Shown here: in pieces, positions 1-10,068 of the stretch
Numbering within the stretch: the first letter of the stretch is position 1
How the letters are laid out: each line of letters starts with the position of its first letter
DNA from: an uncultured Dehalococcoidales bacterium
GTDB taxonomy: Bacteria > Chloroflexota > Dehalococcoidia > Dehalococcoidales > BS750m-G39
Reading direction: 5' to 3'
NCBI GenBank assembly: GCA_964396965.1
Contig: CAYNGD010000007.1
Coordinates: 22,941-86,940, forward strand
Length of the DNA stretch: 64,000 nt
Position numbers and translations under genes: made by a program
Notes under the pieces: model-generated
The model's input: only the letters and a program-made list of their open reading frames with translations
Told to the model about the DNA's origin: nothing
Databases searched by the model: none

Positions 1-13
1 AAGGTAAACTCTT

Positions 14-1276
14 ATGCATATCAGTTTAGTCGGGATAAATCACCAGACAGCACCAGTAACTATCCGGGAGAAGGTAGCAATCAGTGCCGAGAAGCTGAAC
101 GACTCCCTGTTACTGCTTCATTCCTACATGCCATACGGTATAATCCTGTCCACCTGTAATCGCACTGAAATTTATACTGCCGGGGATGGCCGCCGTATCC
201 AAGAGGCAGGCCTCAACTTCTTAAAAGCTCACACAAATAACTCCGGCGCTGACCTTCTCCAGTATATTTACCTCTCCAGTGACAAAACAGCGGTGGAACA
301 CCTCTTTCGTGTTACTTGCGGGCTTGAGTCTATGATTATTGGCGAATACGAGGTTCTAGGACAGGTACGGCAGGCACTGGAAGCCGCCGAGAAGGCAGGA
401 ATGGTAAATCTGCCACTACGTCGTATTTTCCAGGATGCAATCAGGACGGGAAGGTGTGTTCGTCAGTACACCGGCATCAGCAAAAACCCCGTTTCCGTCA
501 GCTCAGTAGCCGTTGATTTGGCAGTGAGCATTCTCGGTAGCCTGCAAAACGCGAAGGTTCTGGCTATCGGCGCTGGTGAGGCAGGTCGGCTTGTGGTCAA
601 GGCAGCTAAAGAGAGAGGAGCCTCTAAAATAGCCGTTGCCAGTCGGACCCGGGAGAGGGCTGCTGCCTTAGCGGCAACACTGGGTGGTATGCCAATTGAC
701 CTGGGAAACCTAACGGAGGAGCTAAGTACGACTAACATAGTTGTTGCCTGCGCTGGTGCACCTCATCCGATACTGGGTGTTCGGCAGGTGGATGAGGCAA
801 TGAAGAAACGTCCAAAACTTCCCTTAGTAATAATTGATATCGCCGTTCCCCGAAATATTGAGCCGGCGGTAGGACAAGCAAACAACGTTTTCCTCTACAA
901 TATTGATGGCCTGACCAAGATTGCTGATTCACACCGAAAACAGCGAGGGGGAGAGATTCAGAAAGCTGAGGCAATAATAACTGCCGAAGTTGACAAGTTT
1001 ATGTCGTGGTGGCGAATCCTTGAGATTCAGCCTGTAGTCAGTGCTCTTATGAGAAAGGCTGAAGACATACGCTCCACACAACTAAAGAAAACCCTGAAGC
1101 GACTTCGCCCCCTCTCAAGTGAGGAGCAGGAAAGCCTCGAGGCGATGACCAAGTCAATAGTAACCAAAATACTAAAAGACCCTATCCAGTGTCTTAAGAC
1201 AAATTCTGATGGGGACAGAGATTATGCTGGGATAATAAGCAAAATCTTCCGGCTAGGATGGAGGAAATGGGAATGA
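14..1276 (+). CDS. hemA: glutamyl-tRNA reductase
   Basis: 420-aa ORF with the HemA N-terminal signature LSTCNRTEIY (catalytic Cys) and a central NAD(P)-binding loop (AIGAGEAGRL). First gene of a hem operon. Confidence 0.9.
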   Translation: MHISLVGINHQTAPVTIREKVAISAEKLNDSLLLLHSYMPYGIILSTCNRTEIYTAGDGRRIQEAGLNFLKAHTNNSGADLLQYIYLSSDKTAVEHLFRVTCGLESMIIGEYEVLGQVRQALEAAEKAGMVNLPLRRIFQDAIRTGRCVRQYTGISKNPVSVSSVAVDLAVSILGSLQNAKVLAIGAGEAGRLVVKAAKERGASKIAVASRTRERAAALAATLGGMPIDLGNLTEELSTTNIVVACAGAPHPILGVRQVDEAMKKRPKLPLVIIDIAVPRNIEPAVGQANNVFLYNIDGLTKIADSHRKQRGGEIQKAEAIITAEVDKFMSWWRILEIQPVVSALMRKAEDIRSTQLKKTLKRLRPLSSEEQESLEAMTKSIVTKILKDPIQCLKTNSDGDRDYAGIISKIFRLGWRKWE

Positions 1277-2193
1277 TGCGGAGACTCATTGTCGGTTCAA
1301 GGGGTAGCCGACTGGCCCTAAGTCAAACTGAGGCTGTAGTGTCCGAGCTGAAGAAGGTAAATCCCGATCTCGAGATTAGCATAAGCAGAGTGTTGACTCA
1401 GGGTGACCGTGACCGCCGTACCTCGCTTGACCGAATGGGAGAAGTCGGGGTATTCGTCAAGGGGCTTGAGGAGGCCTTACTTGATGGCAGAATTGACTTG
1501 GCAGTGCACAGTCTCAAGGACGTGCCCTCCGAGATTCCTCAGGGATTACGTTTGCTGGCGGTAACCAAAAGACTTGACCCCAGGGATGTTCTGGTAGCGA
1601 AATCGAAGCTTGACGAGCTTTCTTCCGGCGCCCGAATAGGTAGCGGAGGCTTACGCCGTGCAATTCAGCTCACTCAATACCGCCTTGACCTTAAGGTATG
1701 CAGCATAAGGGGGAATGTTGATACTCGCCTGCGCAAGGTTACCAATGGTGAATTTGATGGTGTGATCGTGGCAGCCGCGGCGCTCTTGCGGCTTGGCTGG
1801 GAAGACAAAATAACTGAATACCTGCCATTGAGGCATTTTCTGCCAGCAGTGGGACAAGGAGCACTGGTGATAGAAGCACGGGCTGGCGACGAAGACATTG
1901 TTCAGGCTGTTTCGCCGATAAACCATCTTCCTACCTGGCGGAGCGTAACTGCAGAGCGAGCTTTTCTTCGTGCCTTGGGTGGTGGTTGCCGTGCCCCGAT
2001 CGCCTCCCTAGGGACGGTGATTGACACCACTTTGAGGCTTGAAGGAATGGTAGCTGACGTTAACAGTAGGGAAGTACTGCGTACCTCAGATGAAGGTAGT
2101 ACAATGTCTCCAGAAGAAGTGGGCGAACGGCTAGCACAAAGGATGCTTGCTATGGGAGCATCTGAATTCATTAGTAAAGCGAGGCTCAGTTGA
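1273..2193 (+). CDS. hemC: hydroxymethylbilane synthase (porphobilinogen deaminase)
   Basis: Motifs RLIVGSRGSRLALSQT, HSLKDVP and the cofactor Cys in GGGCRAPIA. The ATG at 1273 overlaps the hemA stop (ATGA) and GGAGG lies about 10 nt upstream. The ORF-track start at 1258 is an alternative. Confidence 0.87.
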   Translation: MMRRLIVGSRGSRLALSQTEAVVSELKKVNPDLEISISRVLTQGDRDRRTSLDRMGEVGVFVKGLEEALLDGRIDLAVHSLKDVPSEIPQGLRLLAVTKRLDPRDVLVAKSKLDELSSGARIGSGGLRRAIQLTQYRLDLKVCSIRGNVDTRLRKVTNGEFDGVIVAAAALLRLGWEDKITEYLPLRHFLPAVGQGALVIEARAGDEDIVQAVSPINHLPTWRSVTAERAFLRALGGGCRAPIASLGTVIDTTLRLEGMVADVNSREVLRTSDEGSTMSPEEVGERLAQRMLAMGASEFISKARLS

Positions 2194-3710
2194 AGGTAGG
2201 CAAAGTCTATCTAGTTGGTGCTGGCCCGGGAGACCCGGGGCTGATTACCCAGAAAGGGCTAGAGTGTCTAGCACTGGCTGATGTTGTTATCTACGACCAC
2301 CTGCTTGATGAACGACTTCTGGACTCAGCGCCAGCCGGCGTAGAAAGGATATACGTGGGCAAGCAGGCGGAAGAGCATGCCAAGGAGCAGGATGAGATAA
2401 CCCAGTTGCTGGTGCAGAAAGCAAATGAGGGGAAATCTGTAGTACGGCTTAAGGGGGGCGACCCGTTCGTTTTGGGACGGGGAGGTGAGGAGGCAGAGGT
2501 GCTAAAGAATAACCGCGTCCCCTTTGAGGTGGTGCCAGGAGTATCCTCGGCAGTAGCCGTTCCGGCTTATGCCGGCATTCCGGTCACTCACCGTGGACTG
2601 GCATCCTCTTTTGCGGTCATTACTGGTCATGAGGACCCGAGCAAACTTGGCTCCAGCATCGCCTGGGAGAAGCTGACTGCAGGCGTAGATACCTTAGTGT
2701 TCCTCATGGGAATGCGGAACTTGCCCCAGATAGTAGCCAAGTTACTGGAACACGGCAGACCTGCTGACACTCCTGTAGCCGTGATTAAGGATGGAACCAG
2801 ACCGGGGCAGAAAACAGTTACCGGCAATCTTAAGGACATTGTTGCCAGGGCAAGAGAGCAATCTCTCAACCCACCGGTAGTAATCGTGGTGGGTGAGGTG
2901 GTCAGGCTCAGGGAAAAACTCTGTTGGTTTGACAATCGTCCCCTCTTTGGCAAACGTGTGCTGGTCACCAGGGCACGCCATCAGGCAAGCTCATTGAGCC
3001 AGCTTCTCTCTGAGCGCGGCGCTCAGCCTATTGAGTTACCCGCGATTGATATCCAGGCTTTAGCCCGTAGCGAAGAACCCGACCGGGCTATCTCTAATTT
3101 GAGACAATACCAGTGGATAATCTTTACCAGCGTCAACGGTGTTGAAGCATTCTTTCAACGACTATATAACCTAAATTTAGATGTTCGTGCCCTTGGGAAT
3201 CTCAGGATTGGAGTGATTGGACCGGCCACCGCCAAGGCACTCAGGGGGCAGGGAGTAATCCCTGACTTCGTCCCCAAGGTCTACTCTAGTGAAGGCATTA
3301 TCGCCGGACTCAGAAGCTGGGATATTGCCGGTAAGCGCTTTTTGCTTCCCAGAGCTGATATGGCCGATAGGGAATTGACGAAAGGACTTACCCAACTGGG
3401 AGCTGAAGTGCATGAAATAGTCACTTACAGAACTGTCAGACCAACTGAAGAAATCTCTCAAGCTAGAGGTTTACTCCTATCAGGTGAAATTGATGTTATC
3501 ACCTTCACCAGTTCATCAATGGTGTCCAACCTATTAGCAGCTTTTAGTAAAGAATTGTCAGCAATGAGTAGGGCTAAAGTTGCTTGTATTGGTCCCAAGA
3601 CAGCGGATACTGCTGCCAAAGCCGGGATTAAGGTTGACATCGTTGCCAGGGAGCATACGATACCTGGTTTGGTAGCCGCTATCGAAGAATATTTTAAAGA
3701 GGAGACTTAA
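2190..3710 (+). CDS. cobA-hemD: fused uroporphyrinogen-III C-methyltransferase / uroporphyrinogen-III synthase
   Basis: 506 aa. The N-terminal half carries SUMT motifs (VYLVGAGPGDPGLIT, GGDPFVLGRGGEE). The C-terminal ~250 aa are HemD-like. The TTG start overlaps the hemC stop. Confidence 0.87.
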   Translation: MKVGKVYLVGAGPGDPGLITQKGLECLALADVVIYDHLLDERLLDSAPAGVERIYVGKQAEEHAKEQDEITQLLVQKANEGKSVVRLKGGDPFVLGRGGEEAEVLKNNRVPFEVVPGVSSAVAVPAYAGIPVTHRGLASSFAVITGHEDPSKLGSSIAWEKLTAGVDTLVFLMGMRNLPQIVAKLLEHGRPADTPVAVIKDGTRPGQKTVTGNLKDIVARAREQSLNPPVVIVVGEVVRLREKLCWFDNRPLFGKRVLVTRARHQASSLSQLLSERGAQPIELPAIDIQALARSEEPDRAISNLRQYQWIIFTSVNGVEAFFQRLYNLNLDVRALGNLRIGVIGPATAKALRGQGVIPDFVPKVYSSEGIIAGLRSWDIAGKRFLLPRADMADRELTKGLTQLGAEVHEIVTYRTVRPTEEISQARGLLLSGEIDVITFTSSSMVSNLLAAFSKELSAMSRAKVACIGPKTADTAAKAGIKVDIVAREHTIPGLVAAIEEYFKEET

Positions 3711-4703
3711 ATGGCAATCTTTCCACAGTTACGTTTACGCCGCTTGCGCCGGACAGAGTCGCTAAGGGCACTGGTTCGGGAGAATCGGGTTGATATTAGC
3801 GATTTGGTTTACCCGCTGTTCGTTGTTGAGGGAAAGGGCATAAAGCAAGAGATATCTTCAATGCCGGGTGTTTTTCGCTTTTCTCCTGACCAATTATCAC
3901 AAGAAACTGAGGAGGTAGCCAGACTTGGTATCCCTGCTGTTCTTTTGTTCGGTATACCTGAACACAAGGACGAATATGGGACAGCGGCTTACCATCCAGA
4001 GGGTGTTGTTCAGCAGGCGATACGAACCATAAAAAACTCGGTACCCAAGCTCTTGGTGGTAACCGATGTCTGCCTCTGCGAATATACCGCTCACGGGCAC
4101 TGTGGCATAGTAGCTGATGGCGATGTAGACAATGACCAGACCTTACCTCTTCTGGCAAAAACGGCTATGTCCCATGTTAAAGCTGGCGCTGACATTGTTG
4201 CTCCCTCAGACATGATGGATGGCAGAGTGCAAGCAATTCGAGAGACACTGGATGAAGCCGGATTTGAGCATATACCCATACTTGCTTATGCGGCCAAGTA
4301 TGCTTCTGCATTCTATGGACCTTTCCGTGAGGCGGCGGAGTCAGCGCCGCAGTTCGGCGACCGCCGTTCTTACCAGATGGACCCGTCCAATCTGCAAGAG
4401 GCGCTGAGAGAAATAGAACAGGATATCAACGAGGGGGCAGATATCATCATGGTCAAACCTGCTTTGGCTTATCTTGATGTATTACGGCGGGCACGTGATA
4501 CCTTCAACTATCCCCTCGCGGCATATAATGTCAGCGGTGAATATGCTATGGTGAAAGCAGCTACCCAACAGGGTTGGCTGGAGGAGAAACGAACTGTGAT
4601 GGAGATTCTCACTTCAATAAAGAGAGCCGGGGCAGATATCATTATTACCTACCATGCCAAAGATGTCGCTCGGTGGCTACAGCCACGAGAAAGAAGTCTA
4701 TGA
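3711..4703 (+). CDS. hemB: porphobilinogen synthase (delta-aminolevulinate dehydratase)
   Basis: 330 aa with the zinc-type Cys triad [14 protein letters not shown] and an ALAD core including the Schiff-base Lys (IIMVKPA). Confidence 0.9.
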   Translation: MAIFPQLRLRRLRRTESLRALVRENRVDISDLVYPLFVVEGKGIKQEISSMPGVFRFSPDQLSQETEEVARLGIPAVLLFGIPEHKDEYGTAAYHPEGVVQQAIRTIKNSVPKLLVVTDVCLCEYTAHGHCGIVADGDVDNDQTLPLLAKTAMSHVKAGADIVAPSDMMDGRVQAIRETLDEAGFEHIPILAYAAKYASAFYGPFREAAESAPQFGDRRSYQMDPSNLQEALREIEQDINEGADIIMVKPALAYLDVLRRARDTFNYPLAAYNVSGEYAMVKAATQQGWLEEKRTVMEILTSIKRAGADIIITYHAKDVARWLQPRERSL

Positions 4704-5992
4704 ATTTAGAGCGCTCTCAAAAACTGTTTGATGAAGCCCAAAACTATTTACCCGGTGGCGTTGATAGCCCGGTGCGCGCCTTCAAGGCAGTTGGGGGAAC
4801 TCCACCTTTTATAGCAAGGGGGCAGGGTGCAAAGATTTATGACGCGGACGGCAACGAGTACACTGACTACGTCTGTTCCTGGGGGTCTCTCATCTTGGGG
4901 CATTCTCACCCCGAGGTAGTCGCAGCCCTGAAAAAAGCCGTGGAGCGGGGGGCAAGTTACGGTGCTCCCACTCAACTGGAGGTAGACCTGGCCAAGATGA
5001 TTTCCACCGCGATGCCTTCCATTGAAATGATTCGTTTTGTAAACTCGGGCACAGAAGCCACCATGACAGCACTGCGTTTGGCAAGGGCGTACACCAAAAG
5101 AGACATAATTGTAAAGTTTGGCGGGGGCTATCATGGTCATGCCGATGGTTTGCTTGCTAAAGGTGGCTCAGGTTTAACGACTTTCGGAATACCTGATTCC
5201 CCCGGTGTTCCTTCAGGTTATGTGCAAAACACTCTAACGGCACCGTACAATAATGCTAAAGCCGTGGAGCAACTTTTCCAGCGCTATCCTAAAGAAATTG
5301 CGGCGATAATAGTCGAACCAGTGGCAGCCAACATGGGCGTAATAATGCCTCAGCCTGGTTTTTTGGACAACCTGCGCAGGCTGACTAAGGAGTTTGGTGC
5401 CCTCCTTATTTTTGACGAGGTCATTACCGGCTTTCGTGTCGCTTATGGAGGAGCTCAAGCTCTCTATAGTGTTATTCCTGACCTGACCTGTCTTGGGAAA
5501 ATCATCGGCGGTGGACTCCCAGTCGGCGCTTATGGGGGAAGAAGAGAGATTATGGAAATGATGGCTCCGGTAGGGCCAGTCTATCAGGCAGGGACACTCT
5601 CAGGAAATCCTTTAGCAATGACCGCCGGAATAGAGACAGTTAGAGCCTTGAACCACCCCGGGGTCTATAGTCAACTGGAAAACAAAGCAGCAAGTCTCCA
5701 AGAGGGAATAGCTGCTGTCGCAGCTAAAGCTGGTATGCATTTGCATATTTCGCGTGTCGCCTCACTTCTTACAGTGTTTTTCACCGATAGTCCGGTAGTT
5801 GACTATGAATCAGCAAAGAAGAGTAATGCCACACTGTTCAGCCGATTCTTCCACAGTCTGCTGGAGGGGGGCATCTACTGGCCACCCTCTCAATTTGAGG
5901 CGATTTTTGTCTCGCTGGCGCATACTGATAATGATATTCAGACCACAGCCAATACAATTGGTAAGGTTTTTAGCCGTCTACGCAGGCAATAG
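4700..5992 (+). CDS. hemL: glutamate-1-semialdehyde 2,1-aminomutase
   Basis: Class-III aminotransferase fold beginning [28 protein letters not shown], with the PLP Lys in LGKIIGGG. The ATG at 4700 overlaps the hemB stop (ATGA). The ORF-track extension back to 4574 lies inside hemB and is rejected. Confidence 0.9.
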   Translation: MNLERSQKLFDEAQNYLPGGVDSPVRAFKAVGGTPPFIARGQGAKIYDADGNEYTDYVCSWGSLILGHSHPEVVAALKKAVERGASYGAPTQLEVDLAKMISTAMPSIEMIRFVNSGTEATMTALRLARAYTKRDIIVKFGGGYHGHADGLLAKGGSGLTTFGIPDSPGVPSGYVQNTLTAPYNNAKAVEQLFQRYPKEIAAIIVEPVAANMGVIMPQPGFLDNLRRLTKEFGALLIFDEVITGFRVAYGGAQALYSVIPDLTCLGKIIGGGLPVGAYGGRREIMEMMAPVGPVYQAGTLSGNPLAMTAGIETVRALNHPGVYSQLENKAASLQEGIAAVAAKAGMHLHISRVASLLTVFFTDSPVVDYESAKKSNATLFSRFFHSLLEGGIYWPPSQFEAIFVSLAHTDNDIQTTANTIGKVFSRLRRQ

Positions 5993-6020
5993 GCCCACTA
6001 TGAGACAATTTTCTGCCAAG

Positions 6021-6644
6021 CTAACGTTGATATGTACCCGTAAGCTGACCTTGAGCAAGAATGTGCCCTTTCATAGCGTCAACAATTTGTTTCTTAGACG
6101 CGCCGGGCTTTGAATCTAAGGACTTGTCCAGCGCATAGAGCATGAAAAGGTATCGGTGTGCAGAACCACGCGGTGGGCAAGGACCACTGTAGCCAATCCT
6201 GCCAAAGTCATTCTTCCCCTGCAAAGCCCCGTTCTGAAGTCGCTCCTGAGCAGCGATATCCTCTCCAAGCAGGCGGGCACTAGCTGGGAGGTTGAACAAA
6301 ACCCAGTGTGTAAACACGCCCCCAGGAGCATCCAGATCATCAATTATCAGAGCAATGGCCTGAGTATTCTGTGGTGGCTCACCCCATGCGAGCGGAGGAG
6401 ATATATCCTGTCCATCACAGGTGTACTTGATGGGTATCTTGTCCCCTTCTTTGAAGGCAGTGCTGGATAGTGACAATGTCATCTCATCCTCCTTTTGCGG
6501 CGCTGGTGCTTCTCTGGCGCAGGCTATCATAGTTGGGGAAATTACGATCAATATTGCAAGCAATAAGACCACCTGCCTAACAAGAACTGCCCCAACACAG
6601 CTTTCAAGATCACGAACTATTCTTGATACGAAGTTGAATAGCAA
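6021..6644 (-). CDS. PEBP / YbhB-YbcL family protein with N-terminal membrane or lipoprotein signal
   Basis: Motifs DDLDAPGG.FTHW and GYSGPCPPRGSAHRY are typical of bacterial phosphatidylethanolamine-binding-like proteins. The N-terminus is hydrophobic. The start is a TTG, so it is uncertain. Confidence 0.78.
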   Translation of the reverse strand: MLFNFVSRIVRDLESCVGAVLVRQVVLLLAILIVISPTMIACAREAPAPQKEDEMTLSLSSTAFKEGDKIPIKYTCDGQDISPPLAWGEPPQNTQAIALIIDDLDAPGGVFTHWVLFNLPASARLLGEDIAAQERLQNGALQGKNDFGRIGYSGPCPPRGSAHRYLFMLYALDKSLDSKPGASKKQIVDAMKGHILAQGQLTGTYQR

Positions 6645-6850
6645 TCCTTTTCTCTAAAGGCCATTTCTGTCGGGTGTTTGTATTCGCATTCTAAATCTGT
6701 TTTGGCTCTTGGTCAATGCACGGGGTATTCATTGATGCGTATGGATTCTGGGGCGAGAGTCAGGATCGAATAGTTAGAGTATCATGTCAAAATTTTCACC
6801 TGAAAAAGGTGTAGTATAATAACTACAAATCAGAAAAAGGGAGGTCAAGA

Positions 6851-6988
6851 ATGGAGAACTTGTGCCATAGCACGCAGGAGGTCACAAGTTCAAGTCTTGT
6901 ACCGCCCGCTTACTGTACAATACGTAGAACTGTTCTGAATACCTACAACCTCGAAATGAACGCATTCCTCTTTCGAGCTTTTCAATAA
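6851..6988 (+). CDS. hypothetical 45-aa micro-ORF
   Basis: Not in the ORF track because it is under 60 aa. The ATG is preceded by a strong SD (AAAGGGAGG, 7-nt spacer). It sits in a low-GC intergenic gap and has no recognisable domain. Confidence 0.25.
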   Translation: MENLCHSTQEVTSSSLVPPAYCTIRRTVLNTYNLEMNAFLFRAFQ

Positions 6989-7017
6989 CCTTTCCCATGA
7001 CGCAAAAGCCTGAGGAG

Positions 7018-7131
7018 CTACTTGTTTGAGTCTTTGTCTTTCTTTCTACGTCTCCATCTGTAAATTATGATAACAATTATGAGGACTACGACAATTAAAC
7101 TTGCTCGCAGAATTATGCCACCAACATTCAT
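7018..7131 (-). CDS. hypothetical 37-aa single-pass membrane peptide
   Basis: MNVGGIILRASLIVVVLIIVIIIYRWRRRKKDKDSNK: one TM helix plus a basic tail. The ATG lies 6 nt after the stop of the ABC-2 permease on the same strand. The SD is weak. Confidence 0.3.
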   Translation of the reverse strand: MNVGGIILRASLIVVVLIIVIIIYRWRRRKKDKDSNK

Positions 7132-7137
7132 ATCAAA

Positions 7138-7875
7138 TCACGTCCATTTGGTGAGTATCTCTTCTCTCTGAAATGTCTTTGTGCTCAGGAAGAAAAGAAT
7201 AATGTCCGCAGCCATAATGACGGCAGAAATAATGAGGATATTCCCGGTGTTCAGCGATATTGCCCCGACCTCGCTGGCAACATAAACGGCGGCTAAAGGA
7301 AGCACAATAAAGAGACCCTGCATCTGGGCGGAGCGTGGGTCGCTGGCTCTCGAAGAGACAATGACACTCCATTCGATAGAAAGAATGGCTGAAATCGGCA
7401 CCATCAGGAGAAGTATTATCCCGATAGTCCAGTTCGGGAAATATAAATAGCCCAGGGTGTTATGGGTCACCAGGTCAGATAACGCCATGAAAATGATAGC
7501 ACTGATGTAGATTGCGGCAGCGGATGGGATAAAGGCGGCAATGCTCTTGCCGAGGAGAAGCTCACTATCTGTAATTGGGGCCGCCAGGAGCGGTTCGAGG
7601 CTTTTCTCGATCTTTTCGCCGACCAGGCTATAGGAGGCCAGGACGGTAGGTAGTGACGATGCCCCGATGATGAAGAAGAAAGAAAATGCGTTCATAATGG
7701 TCAATAGCTGCGCACCATGAAGGCCTCCCTGTCTTGCGCCCGCAAAACGGAGTACAAATGGAAGCCCGATACCGATTATAACAGGAAATATAATTAATGA
7801 GTTGACGGCGTACCTTTTTCTCAGGAGCACCCTCATATCCTTGGTAGCGACAATCCAGGCCTTCGAGATTCTCAT
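7138..7875 (-). CDS. ABC-2 type transporter permease
   Basis: 245-aa polytopic membrane protein. Its start overlaps the upstream ATPase stop by 4 nt. Confidence 0.75.
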   Translation of the reverse strand: MRISKAWIVATKDMRVLLRKRYAVNSLIIFPVIIGIGLPFVLRFAGARQGGLHGAQLLTIMNAFSFFFIIGASSLPTVLASYSLVGEKIEKSLEPLLAAPITDSELLLGKSIAAFIPSAAAIYISAIIFMALSDLVTHNTLGYLYFPNWTIGIILLLMVPISAILSIEWSVIVSSRASDPRSAQMQGLFIVLPLAAVYVASEVGAISLNTGNILIISAVIMAADIILFFLSTKTFQREEILTKWT

Positions 7876-8792
7876 TTCGTTCCCTTCGTGATTTGCAAGT
7901 ATACGTCTTCTAGTGTCGGGACAAGCTGGGTGACCTCCAGAATCTGACCTCCGTTTGAGGTGATGGCCGCAATGATAGCCGGATTCTCTTTGTTAGGGTC
8001 GGTCACATCAATAATTAGCTTGTTGTCGGAGACTTCAATCTTGTTTGGAATGAGCTTTCTTAATTCACTAACCAGAGTCTCGCTTACTTGAGCCAGTCTA
8101 ATCTCTGTTTTGGGTCTGGAGAGAGATTCCCTCAGTTGTTCGGGGGTGCCGATGGTCAGTAATTTCGTTTTTAATATACCGATTCGGTCGCATATTCTCT
8201 GGGCCTCATCAAGATTATGGGTGTTGAGGAAAATGGTCCTGCCTTGCTTCTTGACCTCCAGTATAAAATCCCTGACGGTCTTGGCTGATTCCGGGTCCAA
8301 GTTGGCGGTCGGCTCATCCATGAACAGTATTTTCGGCTCATGAACCAGGGCACGGGCTAACGCCAGCTTCTGCCTCATCCCTTTGGAAAACGAACCCGCC
8401 CGGTCGTCTTTCCTCTCCCAGAGTCCCAGCATTTTGAGAAAATGCTCGATGTTTTCCTTCCTGCGCCCTTCAGGACACTCATAAAGTTTTCCATAGAAGT
8501 CGAGGTTCTCGAAGGCAGTCAAATCGTCGTAAAGGCCGACATTGTCCGGGACCAGGCCAACCATTTTCCTGATTAGCAGGGAATCGGCTGCTTTGCCTAT
8601 CTGATAGTCAGCTATCCTGGCCTCGCCGCTGGTCATCGAGATTAGGCAGCAGAGCATTCTTATGGTTGTGGTCTTGCCGGCGCCGTTCGGCCCGAGAAAT
8701 CCAAAGACCTCGCCTTCCTTAACCCTAAAGGTAAGCCCCTCAACCGCGGTGACTTCGCCAAACTTCTTAGTAAGTTTTTCAACAGTTATCAT
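7872..8792 (-). CDS. ABC transporter ATP-binding protein
   Basis: Walker A GPNGAGKTT, signature FSKGMRQK, Walker B ILFMDEPT. Confidence 0.9.
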   Translation of the reverse strand: MITVEKLTKKFGEVTAVEGLTFRVKEGEVFGFLGPNGAGKTTTIRMLCCLISMTSGEARIADYQIGKAADSLLIRKMVGLVPDNVGLYDDLTAFENLDFYGKLYECPEGRRKENIEHFLKMLGLWERKDDRAGSFSKGMRQKLALARALVHEPKILFMDEPTANLDPESAKTVRDFILEVKKQGRTIFLNTHNLDEAQRICDRIGILKTKLLTIGTPEQLRESLSRPKTEIRLAQVSETLVSELRKLIPNKIEVSDNKLIIDVTDPNKENPAIIAAITSNGGQILEVTQLVPTLEDVYLQITKGTK

Positions 8793-9078
8793 AGCATGGC
8801 GCCCAGACCACCGAATATGAATAATGGACTCTTATCTATGCTTCGCATGTAAACACCTTAACTTGAAATTAAGACTAATTCTGTGCGTAATATTAAACCT
8901 CTATAAATGGAATAGTCATAAAATCGGCGAGGAAAAGATGACAGATTTATTACATTTTCGCAGATGAAGGTTAACAGCTCTTCAAAATCAAATTGTGCTC
9001 AAGGTCACAGGCTGAACGCCAGCTCAAAAATCACAGTTCTACCTACCGTACAGTACCGCCCACCACAGCAGAGTTTGG

Positions 9079-9264
9079 CCTTCGGCCACTATAAGGGATA
9101 ATGGCACGGGCTTCCAACTTCCGGAAAACCTTGGGGCTCTGCTATACAAAGGCAAACTGGGCTTGACTGGGATACAGGAGCGAGTGCAGTTACTCGGCGG
9201 CAGCTTAAAGCTGAGTTCCGAGTTAGGTAAGGGCACTACAGTATTTGTCGAGGCTCCAATCTAG
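9079..9264 (+). pseudogene. 3' remnant of a HisKA_3-type sensor histidine kinase (HATPase_c tail only)
   Basis: The open frame runs 9016-9264 with no start codon. It translates ...ATIRDNGTGFQLPENLGALLYKGKLGLTGIQERVQLLGGSLKLSSELGKGTTVFVEAPI*. This aligns by eye with the C-terminus of the intact kinase at 30318-31787 (VTDNGRGF...GKLGLAGMQERARLLGGTLEVNS.PGQGTTLVVDVPG). The minus-strand ORF 9039-9236 is its shadow. Confidence 0.6.
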
Positions 9265-9461
9265 CCGCTGAAAGATGCTATTTCATTACTTATGGCAAAA
9301 TAAATTCCCACTTTGTCCTATAGGCTCGCATTATATGAGTTCATTTATGAATGGTCAATACTAAGAATCAATATTCGATAGCATTTGACGTGGCCCCTAG
9401 AATTGACCTATGATATTCTCTTGTTGTCCCTAAAAAGTCACCTAAGGGGTGTCAGAGTAAT

Positions 9462-9944
9462 ATGAGTAGTTTAATAGAGGTAGACCTTAAAGATGTCGTG
9501 CCAAGCACATTTATGCTATTCGTGCAGACGGCGCAGGCAGTGCTGAAGTACACAGATGCCTATTTGTACCGAAGAACACGCTTGTCAGTAAGCAAGCTAA
9601 TAGTTCTTAAAGCCCTGTCTATCAATGGTCAGGGCATGATGCCTTCTAAGATAGCCGAGTGGACTGGTACCGAGAGGAATAATATCACTTCGCTAATCAG
9701 CCGCATGCAGCAGGAAGGTCTGGTAACCACCAAGCGCAACAGTAGCGACAAAAGATTGGTGAATGTCAAGCTGACTGACAAGGGACGGGAAGTTCTCGGT
9801 CAGGCTATTCCGGTGGCTCAAGAAGTTGTTAACCAGGTGATGTCATCAATCACTGAAAGTGACGCCGCCCTGCTCAAAGAAAAGCTAAGAGTCCTTAGGC
9901 AAAATGCCCACCATGGCTTGGATGCCCTGGCTAAACGTGTTTAA
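9462..9944 (+). CDS. MarR family transcriptional regulator
   Basis: 160 aa with a winged-HTH core (MMPSKIAEWTGTERNNITSLISRMQQEGLVTTKRNSSDKRLVNVKLTDKG). Confidence 0.8.
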   Translation: MSSLIEVDLKDVVPSTFMLFVQTAQAVLKYTDAYLYRRTRLSVSKLIVLKALSINGQGMMPSKIAEWTGTERNNITSLISRMQQEGLVTTKRNSSDKRLVNVKLTDKGREVLGQAIPVAQEVVNQVMSSITESDAALLKEKLRVLRQNAHHGLDALAKRV

Positions 9945-10068
9945 CCTCGAATCCATTAGAAAAAAGCTCCCACCATTCACGGCTTAAAAAGCTATTCTAT
10001 TTACTCAAAGCTGGCCCTACCGCAATTTCTGTAATAATCTGCAGAGAGTGAGGTAATTGGATAGCTAG

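Noticed and set aside
4574-4699. N-terminal extension of hemL in the ORF track (start at 4574).
   Set aside because: The extension lies inside hemB in another frame. The conserved HemL N-terminus begins at the ATG at 4700, which overlaps the hemB stop.
6839-6908. tRNA-like 3' element: a T-arm-like ACAAG-TTCAAGT-CTTGT followed by ACCGCCC, which can pair 6/7 with GGGAGGT at 6839-6845.
   Set aside because: The span is only ~70 nt and has no 7-nt anticodon loop. The middle folds into a 4-nt-loop hairpin, there are no positions 8-9, and there is no CCA. The left 'acceptor' is better explained as the SD of the 45-aa micro-ORF. It could be a decayed tRNA or att remnant, but I cannot support that.
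9039-9236. 65-aa minus-strand ORF.
   Set aside because: It is the antisense shadow of the plus-strand histidine-kinase remnant, whose translation has clear HATPase_c motifs.
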